47,160 bases of DNA from the IMG/VR virus record IMGVR_UViG_3300035703_000146, positions 1-47,160 of that record; one strand, given 5' to 3'. This DNA comes from a virus (Duplodnaviria > Caudoviricetes). The translations under genes and the position numbers were made by a program. This document shows, piece after piece, positions 44,138-47,160 of the stretch; the stretch's first letter is position 1; each line of letters starts with the position of its first letter. The notes beneath the pieces were generated by a model, which made no database searches, was not told the origin of the DNA, and saw nothing but the letters and a program-made list of their open reading frames with translations.

Positions 44138-44790
44138 GTAGAGTATTAGTTGTTGGAGATACTCACTTCCCTGCCGTACTTGACGGCTACCTTTCCTTTG
44201 TCAAAGAAGTAAAGAAAGAATATAAGTGTGATCGTATTGTGCATATCGGTGATGTCATTGACCACCATTGCATTTCATTCCACACTAAACACCCGGATCA
44301 TCCCGGTGCTGTGAGTGAATACAAGCAGGCAGTAGAGTGCATCAAAGAGTGGAAGAGTTCATTTAAGAACTTAGTTGTCACGATTGGCAACCACGATGAT
44401 AGAGTGCGAAGGATTGCTGGTGATGCTGGTATCCCTGACTTTTATCTGAAAGGTTTCAATGAAATTTATAACACAGCTTGGCAATGGGTTAAGAACATCA
44501 CTATTGATGGTGTGTTTTATTATCATGGTCTTGGGGGTGGCGGCTTGTATCCTGCTTTTAACACTGCTAAAGCTATGGGTATTTCTGTGGTTGCTGGTCA
44601 TCACCATTCTTGCGCCGGAATCAACTGGCAAGTTAGTCCGCTTCATGCAATCTTTGGAATGAATGTCGGCTGTGGTGTAGACCGCAAGCATCTTGCCATG
44701 AAGTATGGCGAAGACCATATCAAGAAGCCCGTGATTAGTTGCGGTGTTGTCATTGATGGCAAGCCGTACATGGAAATGATGGAACTTTGA
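44134..44790 (+). CDS. calcineurin-like metallophosphoesterase
   Basis: GDTH, GDVID, GNHD, HG and GHHH motifs. Confidence 0.9.
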   Translation: MSRVLVVGDTHFPAVLDGYLSFVKEVKKEYKCDRIVHIGDVIDHHCISFHTKHPDHPGAVSEYKQAVECIKEWKSSFKNLVVTIGNHDDRVRRIAGDAGIPDFYLKGFNEIYNTAWQWVKNITIDGVFYYHGLGGGGLYPAFNTAKAMGISVVAGHHHSCAGINWQVSPLHAIFGMNVGCGVDRKHLAMKYGEDHIKKPVISCGVVIDGKPYMEMMEL

Positions 44791-44798
44791 ATAACACA

Positions 44799-44819
44799 CC
44801 CGATGGTTGGGGCTATAGA
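44799..44819 (+). promoter_or_regulatory. candidate phage RNAP promoter (replication-gene copy)
   Basis: CCCGATGGTTGGGGCTATAGA in an intergenic gap before a strong AAAGGAG RBS. Ends in T7-like CTATAG. Confidence 0.6.
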
Positions 44820-44852
44820 TAAGATCTATTTATCAGAAAGGAGATAATAAAA

Positions 44853-45035
44853 ATGTCCGATACTACTACAGAAACTCAGACTGCAACACAGGAACAGGTT
44901 CCTGCAATCCGTAGCGATAGCGTAGTTGCTTACCTGAGTGGAATGGCTAGCGCACTAAGCGCAATCGTTAACGACCTGAACACTCAGGTTGCTCAGATTA
45001 CCGAGTCAATGAATAAGGAAACCAAGAATGGTTAA
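44853..45035 (+). CDS. small coiled-coil protein
   Basis: RBS AAAGGAG. Confidence 0.7.
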   Translation: MSDTTTETQTATQEQVPAIRSDSVVAYLSGMASALSAIVNDLNTQVAQITESMNKETKNG

Positions 45036-45564
45036 TAAGAAGATGAAGAAGATGCCGCCGTTTGTTACCGAGGTTGTCGATGTTAAGTGGAGCAATCTGC
45101 TTAAGCCCGACACCGCTTTCGGTGAGGCATCAGCCAATCATAACATTACTGTTGTGATTACCAAGACACTTGAGAAGACCCTCGCTGACATCCTCAAGAA
45201 GTCTGGTGCTAAGAAGATCAACGGTATCATGGAGAAGGATGGCATTAAGACTCTGAAGGCTAAGAGCCGTGTGTTTGTCGAGCAGGGCAAGTTTCCCTGC
45301 GTAGACTCTCAGGCTGCTGAGACTGATGCTGTTCCATTCGGTGGCGATAAGGTCAGGCTTAAGCTTGCACCCGCTGTCGTGTCCCGTGATAACAGTCTTA
45401 GTCTGTATCTGAATGGTATTCAGATCGTTGAGAAGAATGCCAACAACATGACAGGCACTGGTAGCAGCGGGTTTGACGCTGTTGATGGTGGGTTTGTTGG
45501 CGCAGTCGCTTCTAAGCCTGCGCCCGAAGTCGAAGAGACTGAGGACGAAGACCTTCCCTTCTAA
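45028..45564 (+). CDS. ssb: single-stranded DNA-binding protein (T7 gp2.5-like)
   Basis: W..L.KPDT.F, GG..V.L, L.L..IQIV pattern and acidic tail EETEDEDLPF. Confidence 0.85.
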   Translation: MVNKKMKKMPPFVTEVVDVKWSNLLKPDTAFGEASANHNITVVITKTLEKTLADILKKSGAKKINGIMEKDGIKTLKAKSRVFVEQGKFPCVDSQAAETDAVPFGGDKVRLKLAPAVVSRDNSLSLYLNGIQIVEKNANNMTGTGSSGFDAVDGGFVGAVASKPAPEVEETEDEDLPF

Positions 45565-45938
45565 TGGAATGGAAGTTTAATATCAATCCGGTTGCCGCAT
45601 CCCGGCCACGGGTTGGTAAATGGGGCGCATACTACACAGGAACCTATAAAGATTTCCGAGAGGAAGCAATAGGTATTGTGTATGATGTTCTTGGTAGTGG
45701 CTTTACCCCTCTCTCTGGAGAGCTAGCTGTAAGCATAGAGCTATATGTAAAGCGACCCAAGACCACTGAAAGAGGATGGCCGAAGGCAGATATCGACAAC
45801 TTTGCCAAGGCAGTCTTAGATGTAATGAATGGAAAGATCTGGGACGATGACTCTCAGATAACTACACTACATGTTACTAAGCAGTGGGCCTCTAAAGGAG
45901 AAGACGGATACTTTGTGTTATCCGTTAATGATAATTGA
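45564..45938 (+). CDS. rusA: RusA-family Holliday junction resolvase
   Basis: P....RPR, DIDNFAKAVLD..NG..WDDDSQI..L...K. Confidence 0.9.
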   Translation: MEWKFNINPVAASRPRVGKWGAYYTGTYKDFREEAIGIVYDVLGSGFTPLSGELAVSIELYVKRPKTTERGWPKADIDNFAKAVLDVMNGKIWDDDSQITTLHVTKQWASKGEDGYFVLSVNDN

Positions 45939-45940
45939 AA

Positions 45941-45970
45941 GTGGAGGGGTTAATTCCCCTCCGCTTTTTT
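45941..45970 (+). terminator. intrinsic terminator
   Basis: GTGGAGGGG-TTAATT-CCCCTCCGC followed by T6. Confidence 0.8.
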
Positions 45971-45983
45971 CTAAAGGAGAACC

Positions 45984-46676
45984 ATGTACGGAAGTATTAA
46001 AGTTGATTTGATTGATACGATGGGCGATGATCTTACTGTGGTCAATGCTGCCCGTGTATCTTTCGATAAAGAAAGTGATTGGGATAGTGAACCAGATTGG
46101 CGTGGCATTCGTGAGCTGACTCTATCAGCCAAGGATTGCAAGTTAATCAAGTACCTAGCCGACCACAATCATTGGAGTCCTTTCGCTCATTGTTCTCTTC
46201 AATTCAGAATTGCTGCCCCTATCTTTGTTGCTCGTCAATTACAAAAGCATCAGGTTGGGTTTGCATGGAACGAAGTCAGTCGCCGCTATGTAGATAAGGA
46301 ACCTTTGTTCTGGAATCCACACAAAGCATGGCGAAAGAAAGCTGACAACAAGAAGCAGGGATCTATGGATGAGATCATTGATGATCCATCTGAGTCTCAG
46401 GATGTATATGAAGATACCATGCGTTACTGCATGTTAACTTATAGTTTGCTACTTGCCAATGGTGTATGCCCGGAGCAAGCTCGTTCTGTATTGCCGCAGT
46501 CTATGATGACTGAGTGGTACTGGACGGGTTCTCTTTATGGCTTTGCCCGTGTGTGCAAGCTGAGATTAGATCCTCATTCACAGGCGGAATGCAGACAGGT
46601 CGCTACTCTTATTGATGAGATCTGTGCTAAAAGATTCCCGGTATCTTGGAAGGCTCTCAATGGAACGCTGGCATGA
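45984..46676 (+). CDS. thyX: flavin-dependent thymidylate synthase
   Basis: VVNAARVSF, HWSPF, PIFVARQL.KH...NEVSRRY, EQAR.VLP, R...H.Q.E. Confidence 0.95.
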   Translation: MYGSIKVDLIDTMGDDLTVVNAARVSFDKESDWDSEPDWRGIRELTLSAKDCKLIKYLADHNHWSPFAHCSLQFRIAAPIFVARQLQKHQVGFAWNEVSRRYVDKEPLFWNPHKAWRKKADNKKQGSMDEIIDDPSESQDVYEDTMRYCMLTYSLLLANGVCPEQARSVLPQSMMTEWYWTGSLYGFARVCKLRLDPHSQAECRQVATLIDEICAKRFPVSWKALNGTLA

Positions 46677-47013
46677 CTTGGCAAGACATATCGCAACGAC
46701 TGTCAACAGGGACAGAGCGCATGTGTCTCTCATTGTTAGAAAGAATCAGCTCATCGCGGTTGGTACAAACAACTGGAAGACACATCCTAAGACTGTTGAG
46801 TTTGGGTATATGTACCCTTACCTTCACTCCGAGCTTGATGCGTTTAGGAAGATTAAAGTACCACAAGATAAGCTCGTCCTTTACAACTACCGCTTCAGCA
46901 AAACGGGAAAGCTAGGGATGTCTAAGCCGTGCAAGTTCTGCATGCCTTGGTGTTCCCATGTGTTTGATCGAATCGTTTACTCTAACGAGGAAGGTAAAAT
47001 TATATATGGATGA
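46660..47013 (+). CDS. Zn-dependent cytidine/dCMP deaminase-fold protein
   Basis: HSE and SKPCKFC motifs. Probable ATG 46660. Confidence 0.75.
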   Translation: MERWHDLARHIATTVNRDRAHVSLIVRKNQLIAVGTNNWKTHPKTVEFGYMYPYLHSELDAFRKIKVPQDKLVLYNYRFSKTGKLGMSKPCKFCMPWCSHVFDRIVYSNEEGKIIYG

Positions 47014-47160
47014 AAAAGATATTAAGATAGCTTTGCTTACTGCCGAGCGCGACGAGGCGAGGCGAGAACTTTGCCGCATCGAAAGTAGTTCTTCAGGAGA
47101 TCCAAACATGACGAGCCGTGCTGTTGCAGCGGATCTTGGCTGGGACTGTTTCAAAGATAA
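47006..47160 (+). CDS. hypothetical protein, runs to window edge (not in ORF track)
   Basis: MDEKDIKIALLTAERDEARRELC...LGWDCFKD, with AAGGT upstream. Confidence 0.55.
   Translation, partial: MDEKDIKIALLTAERDEARRELCRIESSSSGDPNMTSRAVAADLGWDCFKD

Noticed and set aside
1-47160. Stop-codon reassignment
   Set aside because: Long genes are intact in the standard code, and TAA, TGA and TAG all end credible genes.

Overview
The window is a large part of a T7-like podophage genome (Autographiviridae-type, with its own single-subunit RNA polymerase). All credible genes are on the + strand. Positions 1-31.7 kb hold late genes: the end of a tail tubular protein B-like gene, several modular tail-fibre genes, a small membrane/lysis cassette, small and large terminase, and then the internal virion (ejectosome) genes, ending in a 3597-aa protein. 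Positions 31.7-32.65 kb are non-coding, hairpin-rich and show an abrupt GC shift, which suggests the right-end/left-end genome junction. Positions 32.65-41.3 kb hold about 30 small early genes and four tRNAs (Ile-UAU, Arg-UCU, Leu-UAA, Lys-UUU). Positions 41.2-47.2 kb hold the RNA polymerase, a metallophosphoesterase, SSB, RusA, ThyX and a deaminase-like gene. The most notable observations are: (1) the giant internal virion protein appears to carry effector modules (HExxH zincin, ART-PolyVal-like domain, an ECF-sigma-like region2+region4 module, and one unnamed domain); (2) a rod-like candidate ncRNA bracketed by two near-identical GAAA hairpins; (3) a 21-bp motif found three times that looks like the phage RNAP promoter; (4) a tRNA set limited to A-ending, AT-rich codons, matching a codon-usage shift along the genome. 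All assignments were made by eye from motifs; no searches were run.
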